Below are positions 10,276 through 19,387 of a stretch of 62,696 nucleotides of DNA, one piece after another (the stretch's first letter is position 1; each line of letters opens with the position of its first letter). Where the stretch lies: assembly GCA_046542505.1 (NCBI GenBank), contig JBKHBH010000002.1, positions 1-62,696 of the forward strand. The letters are read 5' to 3'. This DNA comes from Thermovirgaceae bacterium. Lineage in GTDB: Bacteria > Synergistota > Synergistia > Synergistales > Thermovirgaceae. A program made the translations under genes and the position numbers. The notes under the pieces were generated by a model that was given only the letters and a program-made list of their open reading frames with translations, made no database searches and was not told where the DNA came from.

Positions 10276-10932
10276 ATGCGAAGAGGGCGAAAATTCAAGG
10301 AGCGACGGTCAATTTTTTCGTTTGGCCATATCATGTTGCCTCTTGTGGGGTTGCTCGCGCTTGGGCTTCTCATTCTCGGCGTGCGCCTTCTCTTTTTCCA
10401 ATCGCCGGAGGAGTTCTCAATGGGAGATTACCAGACAGAAAAATCCGTGACAGAACAGGAATCCTTGCAGGAGGAAACGCAACGGCCCGTTCAGGAAACC
10501 GCAGAAGAGGAGGTCCGATCGGAGCCGGTCGTGGCGGTCCCCGTGGAAATAACAGATGAAGAAGCAGACGAGGGGGAAACTGGCGGAAGCCCTGCAGAGG
10601 AGGAAGAAAAGACTTCAGCCGCTGCGACTGCTGAAAAACAATCGGACCAGGACACCGAAAAAACACAACAGGAGCCGTCTGCGAGCTCGACTCCCTCTTC
10701 CGAATTCTGGGGTGTGCAGGTTGGAGCCTTCACAGTCCGTGAATCGGCCGAAAACCTTGCCTCCGAAGTACGGGAGAAAGGGCATGAAGCCTTCGTGATA
10801 TCAGCAGAAGTCGGCGGGAAACAATATTACCGGGTCAGAGTAAAAGCAGGTGATACCCGCAAAGCCGCGGAACAACTTGAAAAAACGCTTGCTTCAGAAG
10901 GCTACCCGACGCTGGTAACGTACCAGGAATAA
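10276..10932 (+). CDS. SPOR-domain membrane protein (FtsN-like architecture)
   Basis: Basic N-terminus, one TM helix, acidic low-complexity linker, C-terminal VQVGAF...AE.L...YRVRV SPOR domain. Confidence 0.85.
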   Translation: MRRGRKFKERRSIFSFGHIMLPLVGLLALGLLILGVRLLFFQSPEEFSMGDYQTEKSVTEQESLQEETQRPVQETAEEEVRSEPVVAVPVEITDEEADEGETGGSPAEEEEKTSAAATAEKQSDQDTEKTQQEPSASSTPSSEFWGVQVGAFTVRESAENLASEVREKGHEAFVISAEVGGKQYYRVRVKAGDTRKAAEQLEKTLASEGYPTLVTYQE

Positions 10933-10995
10933 CGAAATGCCCGGGGAGCCTCTTGTCTTGAAACAGCAAAAAAAACTACCCGGCGGAGAAAAGCG

Positions 10996-12237
10996 ATGAA
11001 CCGCTTCGTTACGGAGACGTTGTCGAGAGAAGCAGCCCTTCACCGCGTCATATCGGAGCTGGGCTTTCCATGGCCGGTGAAAACGGAAGAACCGACCTTA
11101 GTGAAAGCTCTAGGGAGGCGTGCTGCAAAGGATGTTCTTTCCCCCGAAGAACATCCCCCCTTTGACAGAAGTCTGCGTGACGGGTTTGCGCTTTCCTCCC
11201 ATGACACGACAGGAGCTTCTTCGGGCAGCCCGGCCTTTCTGAAGATAAAAGGCACCATACCCATGGGAAAGACTCCTGACTTGGTCCTGTCCCGGGGCGA
11301 GGCAGCCGCAATTTCCACAGGAGGGTGTCTTCCCGAAGGCGCCGACGCCGTGCTCATGATAGAAGATTCTTCTGTTCTGGCGGATACCCTTGAAGTCCGC
11401 AGATCCCTTCAAAGCGGCGAAAACGTCATGCGCCGGGCGGAAGAAATACGAGTGGGGGAGAAACTCCTGGAGAAAGGGCATCTTCTTGATTTCCGGAGCA
11501 TCAACCTTCTCTCGTCCTTCGGGTTTTCAAATGTCCCTATAATCATGGCCAAAGCTGCGATACTCAGTACCGGAGATGAACTGGTTCCGCCGGAAACACA
11601 CCCCCTCCTAACCGGAAAGATCAGGGACACCAACTCCGGCATGATTGCCGCCGTTCTAGAAGACCAGGGGTTTAGCTGGAGCCATCAGGGAATCACCCCC
11701 GATGATCCCGATCGACTAAAATCCTGTGTCTCGGCGGCTCTTGAGGAAAATGACATCATCTTTCTGAGCGGAGGCTCTTCCGTCAGTGCAAGGGATTTCA
11801 CAAGCGAAACCCTAGAATCCCTTGAAGATCCCGGGCTGGTGGTGAGGGGGCTTAACATATCCCCGGGCAAACCTACACTTGTGGGAGCAAACTCGATGCG
11901 AAAGAAGCTGGCCGTCGGTCTTCCCGGGCACCCACTTTCATGTGCCATTGTCATGTGGACCTTCGTCCTTCCGCTTTTACTTGCATTGATTACCGGTCAC
12001 GAATCGGGGGAAGATGAAATCTTTCAAAAAGTCAAACTCGAGGTGGGAAAAGATATTTTCGGCAGGACAGGCGTGGAGGAATTCTTCCCGGCACGAATTG
12101 AAAAAAACCGCATCCTTCCGTTGATAGGCAAGTCCGGTTACGTGGGGACCATGACCCGCGCAGCAGGGCTCGTGCACATTCCCGTAGAAAAAGAAACTGT
12201 TCGGACCGGCGAAAAAGCGGAGGTCTGGCTATGGTAA
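10996..12237 (+). CDS. moeA: Molybdopterin molybdotransferase MoeA (paralog 1)
   Basis: PPFDRSLRDGFA, STGDEL, SGGSS, PGKP, GLPGHP motifs. Confidence 0.93.
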   Translation: MNRFVTETLSREAALHRVISELGFPWPVKTEEPTLVKALGRRAAKDVLSPEEHPPFDRSLRDGFALSSHDTTGASSGSPAFLKIKGTIPMGKTPDLVLSRGEAAAISTGGCLPEGADAVLMIEDSSVLADTLEVRRSLQSGENVMRRAEEIRVGEKLLEKGHLLDFRSINLLSSFGFSNVPIIMAKAAILSTGDELVPPETHPLLTGKIRDTNSGMIAAVLEDQGFSWSHQGITPDDPDRLKSCVSAALEENDIIFLSGGSSVSARDFTSETLESLEDPGLVVRGLNISPGKPTLVGANSMRKKLAVGLPGHPLSCAIVMWTFVLPLLLALITGHESGEDEIFQKVKLEVGKDIFGRTGVEEFFPARIEKNRILPLIGKSGYVGTMTRAAGLVHIPVEKETVRTGEKAEVWLW

Positions 12238-14153
12238 ATGCTCCACGGCAACACATCGGAATGGACGAGATCACCCCCTTTTTGGACGACCTGTTCGAAC
12301 CTCTTGAAAGGGAAGAAACAATAAACATATATGAATCCGGTTGCCTCGGGAGAAGGCTTCTCCGGGACCTCGCGTCCCGCTGCAACGTACCGCATTACCA
12401 GGCATCGGCCGTAGACGGTTATGCCCTGATCGCAGGGCAAACCGCTTACGCATCACCTGCCCGGCCCGCAAAGATATCACCAGAAAATACCCTGTGGGTT
12501 AATACCGGCGGATGGGTTCCAGAACCTTTCGACGCCGTCGCCATGATAGAGGATGTCGCAGAATCTGGGGACGGGTCCATCCAGGTGTCCCGCGTCCACA
12601 GCAAGGGAGCGAACATCCGTCCTGTGGGTGAAGATATCTCAATGGGGCAAATCATCACCCGAAAGGGTGAAAGGCTTACCCCCTGCCACAAGGCGCTTCT
12701 TGCGGCTGCTGGATGGAAGGAAGTCCCCGTTTTCCCCTTGCCGCGTGTCCTCTTCATCCCTACAGGCGACGAAATCCGCTCCATCGAGGAATCGGGACTG
12801 ACCGCCGCCCTCGAACCGGGAACAGTTCCGGAGACAAATTCCCTTCTTCTTTCCGGATTGTTTGATCGTTGGGGTTACCCTCTTGACATCCACCCCGTGC
12901 TTCCCGACGATCCCCGAATCATCGAACAGACCGTTCAAAAAGCGCTTTCCGATTACGATATGGTTCTTATCGGAGCAGGGACTGCAAAAGGCGAACGGGA
13001 TCACAGCGCGGAGATTATTTCCAGGCTCGGAGCACTTCATTTCAGGTGGGTACGGATGAAACCCGGAAGACCGGCCATGCTCGGAAAGGCTTTCGGCAAA
13101 CCACTGATCGCCCTGCCGGGGTTCCCCATGTCGACCCTTGTAACAGCCTGGTCGGTGGTCTACCCACTCCTCAAGATTCTTGAAGGTGACGGCCCCGCGG
13201 AAAAACATAGGATCCCTGAAGCCCTGGGAACCCGAGAAGATGTGTCGACAAGGCTTCTGGCCCATCATTCGTCGCCGCAGGGCATATCGGACTGGCTTCG
13301 GCTCCGTTGCGCGGAAATCGACGGAAAAAGGTACAGCTGGATCATGCCGGCCGGTTCGAGCACCATGTTGTCCATGGCCGAAGCGGACGGGTTTTCCCTT
13401 CTTTCTGAAACCGACCTTGAATTACCGAAAGGAAGTCCTGTACACGTGTGGATTGTCAAACCCGTCGCGTGGAAAAAACGCGCCCTTTACCAGGGTTCCA
13501 ACGATCCCGCCATAGAACGCCTTCCCAGTTACGTAAGTGACCGCGGTGCGGAAATGATCATCAGGTCAGTTGGAAGCCTGGGCGGAGTCATGGCGCTGGC
13601 CAGAGGGGAAGGCCATATGGCTGCCTGCCACCTCCTGGATCCAGAGACGCGAAGGTACAATACACCATACATCGAGACTCTTCCCGACGCGGCTGAATGG
13701 GAAAGGTTTCATGTTTTCAACAGGCTTCAGGGGTTTCTCGTGCAGCGGGGCAACCCGAAGGGGCTCAGGAACGTAGAGGACCTTGCACGCGAAAATGTAA
13801 CCATCGTTAATCGTCAGTCCGGGGCGGGAACACGAGTGCTCCTTGAAGCCCTGCTTGCCGAAGCACAAATTTCCTGTCAGAATGTCAGGGGATATGAGAC
13901 CATCGCGATCACCCATCTCGACGCCGCGGCACGAGTCGCAGCGAACGCCGCAGATACGGCACTTGCCATCAAGGCTGTCGCCGACGCAATGGAACTGGAC
14001 TTCATTCCGATCACCGAGGAGCCCTTCGAATTATTCGTTCCGAAGCGGTTTCTCGACCATCCAGGAGTTGCAGCCTCACTCGAATCATTTGAAGACCCTG
14101 CCTGGAAACGGGATGTCGATGCCCTGGGAGGATATATATGGACAAAAAACTGA
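12231..14153 (+). CDS. moeA: MoeA fused to a C-terminal periplasmic-binding-protein-like (molybdate/tungstate-binding) domain
   Basis: SAVDGYA, PTGDE, KPGRP, LPGFP; C-terminal GSND...GSLGG...HLLD...NRQSGAGTR PBP-like domain. Confidence 0.9.
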   Translation: MVNAPRQHIGMDEITPFLDDLFEPLEREETINIYESGCLGRRLLRDLASRCNVPHYQASAVDGYALIAGQTAYASPARPAKISPENTLWVNTGGWVPEPFDAVAMIEDVAESGDGSIQVSRVHSKGANIRPVGEDISMGQIITRKGERLTPCHKALLAAAGWKEVPVFPLPRVLFIPTGDEIRSIEESGLTAALEPGTVPETNSLLLSGLFDRWGYPLDIHPVLPDDPRIIEQTVQKALSDYDMVLIGAGTAKGERDHSAEIISRLGALHFRWVRMKPGRPAMLGKAFGKPLIALPGFPMSTLVTAWSVVYPLLKILEGDGPAEKHRIPEALGTREDVSTRLLAHHSSPQGISDWLRLRCAEIDGKRYSWIMPAGSSTMLSMAEADGFSLLSETDLELPKGSPVHVWIVKPVAWKKRALYQGSNDPAIERLPSYVSDRGAEMIIRSVGSLGGVMALARGEGHMAACHLLDPETRRYNTPYIETLPDAAEWERFHVFNRLQGFLVQRGNPKGLRNVEDLARENVTIVNRQSGAGTRVLLEALLAEAQISCQNVRGYETIAITHLDAAARVAANAADTALAIKAVADAMELDFIPITEEPFELFVPKRFLDHPGVAASLESFEDPAWKRDVDALGGYIWTKN

Positions 14154-15124
14154 TAGACCAACATGGACGAATTTTGACCTACCTCCGTATATCCATCACC
14201 GATCGGTGCAATTTCCGGTGCAGGTATTGCATGCCTTCCGAAGGCGTTCCGTGGATACCTCACGAAAAGATCATGACCTTCGAGGATATTGAATTCCTCG
14301 CGGCTTCACTGATACCCATGGGAATCAGGAAAGTGCGCTTCACCGGAGGGGAGCCTTTTGTCAGGAAAGGGCTCGTCGACTTCCTGAAAGACATCGGAAA
14401 GCGCCACGAGGATCTGCGAATCGCCGTAACCACGAATGGATCCATGCTTGCACAATTTTCTGAAGATCTCAAACAAAGCGGCATTTCGGGCATAAACGTG
14501 AGCCTCGACACTCTGGATCGCGAGAAGTTCCGTTTTATTACCAGGACCGACGCTTTTGCCGACGTCATGGAGGGAATCAGGGTTTTTTCCGAAACCACGA
14601 AAATCCCGCTCAAGATCAACACCGTACTCATCAACGGTTTTAACGATGGAGAAATAGAAAACCTGATACGCTATGCCCGCGAGCACCGTGCCGTCCTCCG
14701 TTTCATAGAATTCATGCCCCTTGACGGGGATGTATGGGCTGAGGATCGTTTTATCTCAGCTGACAAAATCTTCGAAAAACTGCCTGGAGGCCCCCAAGCC
14801 TGGAGAACCCTCCCGGCGAGTTCGGCACATAATCATGACGGGCCGGCTACATATTACCGGAACAGGGACACGGGACAGCGCATCGGTGTCATCGCCGCTG
14901 TAAGTCACCATTTCTGCGACAGATGCAACAGGTTGCGCATAACGGCGACTGGGGAAATGCGAACCTGTCTTTTTTCGAACGAGGGAACTCCGCTTCTTTC
15001 GTTTATACGCGAAAGGGACACCGAGGCGCTTCAGAAAACCATAATGGAGGCCGCCTTCCGGAAACCGAAAAGCTGGACCATCATTGGAAACACCGAGCAC
15101 CACATGTCCCAGATCGGAGGATAG
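14138..15124 (+). CDS. moaA: GTP 3',8-cyclase
   Basis: LRISITDRCNFRCRYC, FTGGEP, FCDRCNRLR...C, C-terminal MSQIGG. Confidence 0.97.
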   Translation: MDKKLIDQHGRILTYLRISITDRCNFRCRYCMPSEGVPWIPHEKIMTFEDIEFLAASLIPMGIRKVRFTGGEPFVRKGLVDFLKDIGKRHEDLRIAVTTNGSMLAQFSEDLKQSGISGINVSLDTLDREKFRFITRTDAFADVMEGIRVFSETTKIPLKINTVLINGFNDGEIENLIRYAREHRAVLRFIEFMPLDGDVWAEDRFISADKIFEKLPGGPQAWRTLPASSAHNHDGPATYYRNRDTGQRIGVIAAVSHHFCDRCNRLRITATGEMRTCLFSNEGTPLLSFIRERDTEALQKTIMEAAFRKPKSWTIIGNTEHHMSQIGG

Positions 15125-15129
15125 TGCCG

Positions 15130-15612
15130 ATGACAGATTTTACCCACCTCGACCAGGAAGGGCGACCGAAAATGGTGAACGTGGGAGGCAAGACTCAAAC
15201 CTCCAGGGAAGCTTTGGCCGAGGGTACAGTGGATCTCCCGGATGCCGTGGCAAGGGCTCTGGGTGAAGGGTCGACACCGAAGGGAAATGTTCTCGCCATA
15301 GCGGAAACAGCGGGAATCATGGCCTGCAAACAAACGGCGGCGCTGATTCCCTTGTGTCACTCAATTCGCCTTGACAGCGCCTCTGTTACATGCCGGTTTG
15401 AAGAAAAAGCCAGAAGAATCCGGATTACATGTCACGTATCCGCCCGCGAGGTGACAGGCGTCGAAATGGAGGCGCTGACAGGAGTATCAGTGGCCGCATT
15501 GACGGTTTACGACATGTGCAAGGGCATTGACAAGGGCATGCGCATAGGAAACATCCGACTTCTTGAAAAAAGCGGCGGCAAATCAGGAGTGTACCGCGTG
15601 GAGGAAAAATGA
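15130..15612 (+). CDS. moaC: Cyclic pyranopterin monophosphate synthase
   Basis: FTHLD...MVNV, LIPLCH, TGVEMEAL, YDMCK, KSGGKSG; start trimmed from the 14923 ORF. Confidence 0.96.
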   Translation: MTDFTHLDQEGRPKMVNVGGKTQTSREALAEGTVDLPDAVARALGEGSTPKGNVLAIAETAGIMACKQTAALIPLCHSIRLDSASVTCRFEEKARRIRITCHVSAREVTGVEMEALTGVSVAALTVYDMCKGIDKGMRIGNIRLLEKSGGKSGVYRVEEK

Positions 15613-16448
15613 TGAAACCAAGGATTATCGGATTTTCCGAAAAGACGGACGAGACAGGGAAAACGCCGGTGGCTTTTTTTCACGTCAACGTCAGGGGAGA
15701 GTCCTGTGTCAACGGTGCCAGTCATCCTATCCTCGCTGTTCCTCCCAGGGCCCCGGGTAACGGCGAAGGTGATGCTTTTTTGATCATACTCGGCAAAAGC
15801 CTTTTCCCTTTGCCTGAACACGTATTTCTCCGTTTCGAAAAAGACGAGGTCCTTCTCGAATGCAAGACCACCGAAAATGGGGAGCCGGGCTGCAAGGTCC
15901 TGCGGCCCGGCTTTGCCACCGTTTCGGAGACAGTCGAATTGTGGCCTCCCATATATGCGGGTATCATAACCATCAGTGACAAGGGAAGCAAAGGAAAACG
16001 GGAAGATACCTCAGGACCGGCCCTCGCCAAGGCTCTCGAAGGTATCGGGGGTGTCGCCTGCAAAAGAGCAGTGGTTCCCGATGAAAAGAAAGAGATCGCA
16101 TCCCTGCTTGAGACATGGACCACAGGAGAAAACGCTCTCGATCTCGTTATTACCACCGGAGGCACAGGACTCGCAGGCCGTGACGTAACCCCCGAAACTC
16201 TTGCCTCCCTTCCCGGAAAAGACGTCCCTGGACTCGGGGAATACATGCGATGGAAGACATCCTTTTCTACTCTCCGTTCTATCCTTTCAAGGGGAACGGC
16301 AAAAGTGGTGGGGCAAACACTTGTACTGGCCCTTCCCGGGAGCAGGCGCGGCGCGGAACAGTGTTTCGATGCCGTAAGCCCGGTCCTCCGCCATGCCGTT
16401 GAAATCGCTTCCGGCAAAGGAGGAGAGTGTGGTGGACATCACTCCTGA
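15609..16448 (+). CDS. mog: MogA/MoaB molybdopterin adenylyltransferase with a degenerate MOSC-like N-terminal domain
   Basis: ITISD...EDTSG, VPDE, TTGGTG...RDVTPE, LSRG, LPGS; about 110 aa N-terminal extension. Confidence 0.85.
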   Translation: MMKPRIIGFSEKTDETGKTPVAFFHVNVRGESCVNGASHPILAVPPRAPGNGEGDAFLIILGKSLFPLPEHVFLRFEKDEVLLECKTTENGEPGCKVLRPGFATVSETVELWPPIYAGIITISDKGSKGKREDTSGPALAKALEGIGGVACKRAVVPDEKKEIASLLETWTTGENALDLVITTGGTGLAGRDVTPETLASLPGKDVPGLGEYMRWKTSFSTLRSILSRGTAKVVGQTLVLALPGSRRGAEQCFDAVSPVLRHAVEIASGKGGECGGHHS

Positions 16449-17349
16449 AAAGGAAATGACCCCATTGACGACAGGCCAGAAAGTCCAGCGATGCGTCATC
16501 ATCACAGGGATGTCAGGCGGAGGAAAATCCACGGCGCTGCACATGCTGGAAGACAGGGGAATGTACGCCATAGACAATATCCCCCCGGCCTTGTTACCGC
16601 AGCTGCTTTCCGTACTCTCCAAACACGAGGGCGCCGTCCAGAGCGGCGTTGCCGCTGTTGTCGACGTGCGCGGTGACCGTTTGCTGAGGGATCTCTTTTC
16701 GGTCATAGATCTTCTGAGGGGGAAAAATATCGCCGTGACGGTTCTTTTTCTTGATGCCTCAGACAACATTCTTCTTCAGCGTTTCGAAAAGACGCGGCGC
16801 CGACATCCTCTCGCATCGGATGCATCCGTCCTCGAAGCCATAGGCATGGAAAGGGTGGAAATGTCTCCCATCCTTGAATGGGCCGACAGCATTATAGACA
16901 CCACGGAAATGGACCTTGTCCGGCTGAGAGAAAAACTCGGCGAAAAACTCGGTGTTTCACCGAGCACTCCCGTGGTCCTTTTTACCTCCTTCGGCTTCAA
17001 GTATGGAATCCCGCTCGACAGCGACTACGTCTTCGATGCCCGTTTTCTGCCAAACCCCTATTATGCCCCGGATCTCAGATCGCTTTCGGGAAAATCGGAA
17101 AAAGTTCAGGCATACATGGACTCTTTTGCCGAAACATGCGAGTTTTTATCCAAAATACTGAACCTGTTGGAATTCGTCTTTCCCCTTTACGCAAACACAG
17201 GGAAACATCAGATGCAGATAGCCGTCGGATGTACGGGGGGACGACACCGTTCCGTAGCGCTGACGGAAAGGCTGGCAAGGGAATTTACTTCGGGGGAGTG
17301 CATAGTACGCCACAGAGATGTGGACAAGGAACAGGTGTGGTCTTCGTGA
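16432..17349 (+). CDS. rapZ: RNase adapter / UDP-GlcNAc-related P-loop protein RapZ (YvcJ)
   Basis: GMSGGGKS Walker A, TRRRHPL, SFGFKYG, RFLPNP, GCTGGRHRSV; GTG start after AGGAGGA. Confidence 0.95.
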   Translation: MDITPEKEMTPLTTGQKVQRCVIITGMSGGGKSTALHMLEDRGMYAIDNIPPALLPQLLSVLSKHEGAVQSGVAAVVDVRGDRLLRDLFSVIDLLRGKNIAVTVLFLDASDNILLQRFEKTRRRHPLASDASVLEAIGMERVEMSPILEWADSIIDTTEMDLVRLREKLGEKLGVSPSTPVVLFTSFGFKYGIPLDSDYVFDARFLPNPYYAPDLRSLSGKSEKVQAYMDSFAETCEFLSKILNLLEFVFPLYANTGKHQMQIAVGCTGGRHRSVALTERLAREFTSGECIVRHRDVDKEQVWSS

Positions 17350-18482
17350 ACTGGTGGTCTGCCTTTACTCTCGGACTCCTTTCGGGTGGAGCAGTGGTGT
17401 TCATTATCTCTCTCATCCTGAGGGAAGAGCGGGACGAAGAGCCACCTCAAAAACAGAAATCCGACTCCAGGACACAAGTTGTCATGACTAAAGCAGTCCA
17501 GCATCGTCTGACTCAGGGTCCCGAAATCGTTGCCATAGGAGGCGGCACGGGATTATCCACCTTGCTGTTAGGGCTGAAAGCCTATACGAGGAATATCACT
17601 GCCGTCGTTACGGTCACGGATGAAGGCGGAAGCTCAGGACGGCTGAGGAATGAATGGGGCGTCCTCCCCCCCGGAGACATCAGAAACTGCCTTGTTTCAC
17701 TTGCAGAGTACGACAGCTCCCTCAACAGCATTCTCAATTTCCGTTTCGACAGGGGGGAACTCGCCGGACACAACCTGGGCAACCTCATTCTTCTCGCCAC
17801 AACGGAGATGACCGGGGATTTTCGCCTCGCGGTAGAGGAACTGAACCATATGCTAGCCATCCGTGGACGAGTTCTCCCGGTCACTACGGAAGCCGTCACT
17901 ATTGCCGGCAAAACAGGAAACGGCGAAATCCTCAGGGGGGAGCTGGAAATCACCGGCAGAGGCGCCGACATTCAGTCGGTCTGGATAGAACCACGGGATG
18001 CACGACCCGTTCCCGACGTCCTTGCTGCCTTCGAAACCGCTGAAATCGTCGTCCTTGGTCCCGGAAGTCTTTTTACCAGCATCCTGCCAAATCTTCTCAT
18101 CAGGGATGTATCTGACGGATTGTCCAGAATAAAAGCACCGATAGTCTATATCGTCAACCTGATGACACAACCGGGGGAGACACCCGAAATGAATATTCTG
18201 GACCATGTCAAGTGGATAAGACAGGGTCTCGGACGATATCCCGATTACGTGATTGCAAACACGGGGCGCATACCGGACCGATATCTCGAAGTCTACAGGG
18301 CCGCCGGAGCAGACGTCCTCACCCTCGACAATAAACAGACGGAGGCCCTGAAAGCTTCAGGGTGTACCACTATAACGGGTGATTTCGTGCATGTTACGGA
18401 ATTCTGGACGCTTCGTCATCACACCCAAAAGCTGGCGGAGACAATTGTGAAAATTGTCAGGGAGGTCAGGGAAAACAGGTAA
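17346..18482 (+). CDS. yvcK: YvcK/GlmR (CofD-like) protein with an N-terminal TM anchor
   Basis: IGGGTG, DEGGSSG, PPGDIRNC, GHNLGN, GPGSLFTS, NLMTQPGET; GTGA overlap with rapZ. Confidence 0.93.
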   Translation: MNWWSAFTLGLLSGGAVVFIISLILREERDEEPPQKQKSDSRTQVVMTKAVQHRLTQGPEIVAIGGGTGLSTLLLGLKAYTRNITAVVTVTDEGGSSGRLRNEWGVLPPGDIRNCLVSLAEYDSSLNSILNFRFDRGELAGHNLGNLILLATTEMTGDFRLAVEELNHMLAIRGRVLPVTTEAVTIAGKTGNGEILRGELEITGRGADIQSVWIEPRDARPVPDVLAAFETAEIVVLGPGSLFTSILPNLLIRDVSDGLSRIKAPIVYIVNLMTQPGETPEMNILDHVKWIRQGLGRYPDYVIANTGRIPDRYLEVYRAAGADVLTLDNKQTEALKASGCTTITGDFVHVTEFWTLRHHTQKLAETIVKIVREVRENR

Positions 18483-19387
18483 TGAAACGCCTGGAAAGCC
18501 TGCTCTGGGATGAATGGGCCGAAGGTGAGCCTGCTTTCGGCCCTCTATATCACTCCGAAGAGGTTTCCGGAATTATTTCCGGCATGCCCCGGACTTTCCG
18601 GAAGGCAGAGGTGCTGTGCTCCAGCGGGAGGCTACATGTCTTCAAGCGGCTCCGGAAAATATGGAAAACCTCCGAATGGTCTACAAAGACCCCTTTTTCC
18701 TCGGCCCTTTTCATCCCCAAAAACTATCACGGGAAAATCCATCTCAGACTACCCGATGACGTCTATGCTTCCATGATCGAAAGATCCGATTCATGCGCAG
18801 CAAGACAAAAGGGATGGATCTGGCTTCGGGGCTTTTTCGGCGCCTGCGCATCCCTTTACCTTCCGCGCACGGGCTATTACCTCGTCTTCAGGATAAGCAA
18901 GGACCACGAGCAGGGGGTCCTCGAGAAAGCCGCCGCCATTCTCAGGCGCAGGGACATCACGATCCGCACAAGACAACGTCACGGCCTGGTTGAACTTACA
19001 GTCAGGGACCAGGATGGAATCGTAAACGCCCTGACTGGAATACGCCTTTTCAGAACATCCCTCGAGCTGGAAGAAAAGGCGCTTCTGAGATCTGTACGGG
19101 ACAGGGCGAACAGACTTGTCAACTGTGATGCGGCCAACATCAGAAAGACCCTTGAGGCAGCCAGGAGGCAACAAATGATTGCCCTTCGCCTCGAGGAAAC
19201 GGGCAAACTGGAAAAACTGCCGCCTGAATACCGCGACCTTGCGAAAATGAGGATAGACAATCCGACGGCCACTTTGAAGGAATTGGGGCAGCTTTTGCAA
19301 AAACCTGTCAGCAAAAGTACGATAGAATACAGATGGAGGAAAATGGAACGAATGGCTGAAGAATCGTACCAAGGAGAAGGGGGATGA
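18482..19387 (+). CDS. whiA: DNA-binding protein WhiA
   Basis: LRGFF LAGLIDADG-like helix, NRLVNCDAAN, C-terminal HTH (LKELG...SKS...RWRK); rapZ-yvcK-whiA synteny. Confidence 0.92.
   Translation: MKRLESLLWDEWAEGEPAFGPLYHSEEVSGIISGMPRTFRKAEVLCSSGRLHVFKRLRKIWKTSEWSTKTPFSSALFIPKNYHGKIHLRLPDDVYASMIERSDSCAARQKGWIWLRGFFGACASLYLPRTGYYLVFRISKDHEQGVLEKAAAILRRRDITIRTRQRHGLVELTVRDQDGIVNALTGIRLFRTSLELEEKALLRSVRDRANRLVNCDAANIRKTLEAARRQQMIALRLEETGKLEKLPPEYRDLAKMRIDNPTATLKELGQLLQKPVSKSTIEYRWRKMERMAEESYQGEGG

Noticed and set aside
10933..10995. Possible Moco/Wco riboswitch upstream of moeA
   Set aside because: Only 63 nt with one weak stem, too short for the known motif.
14923..15129. N-terminal extension of moaC
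   Set aside because: It overlaps the conserved C-terminus of moaA; similarity starts at MTDFTHLD.
16878..17345. 156-aa N-terminal extension of the yvcK ORF
   Set aside because: It overlaps rapZ in another frame; GTG 17346 gives a normal GTGA coupling.
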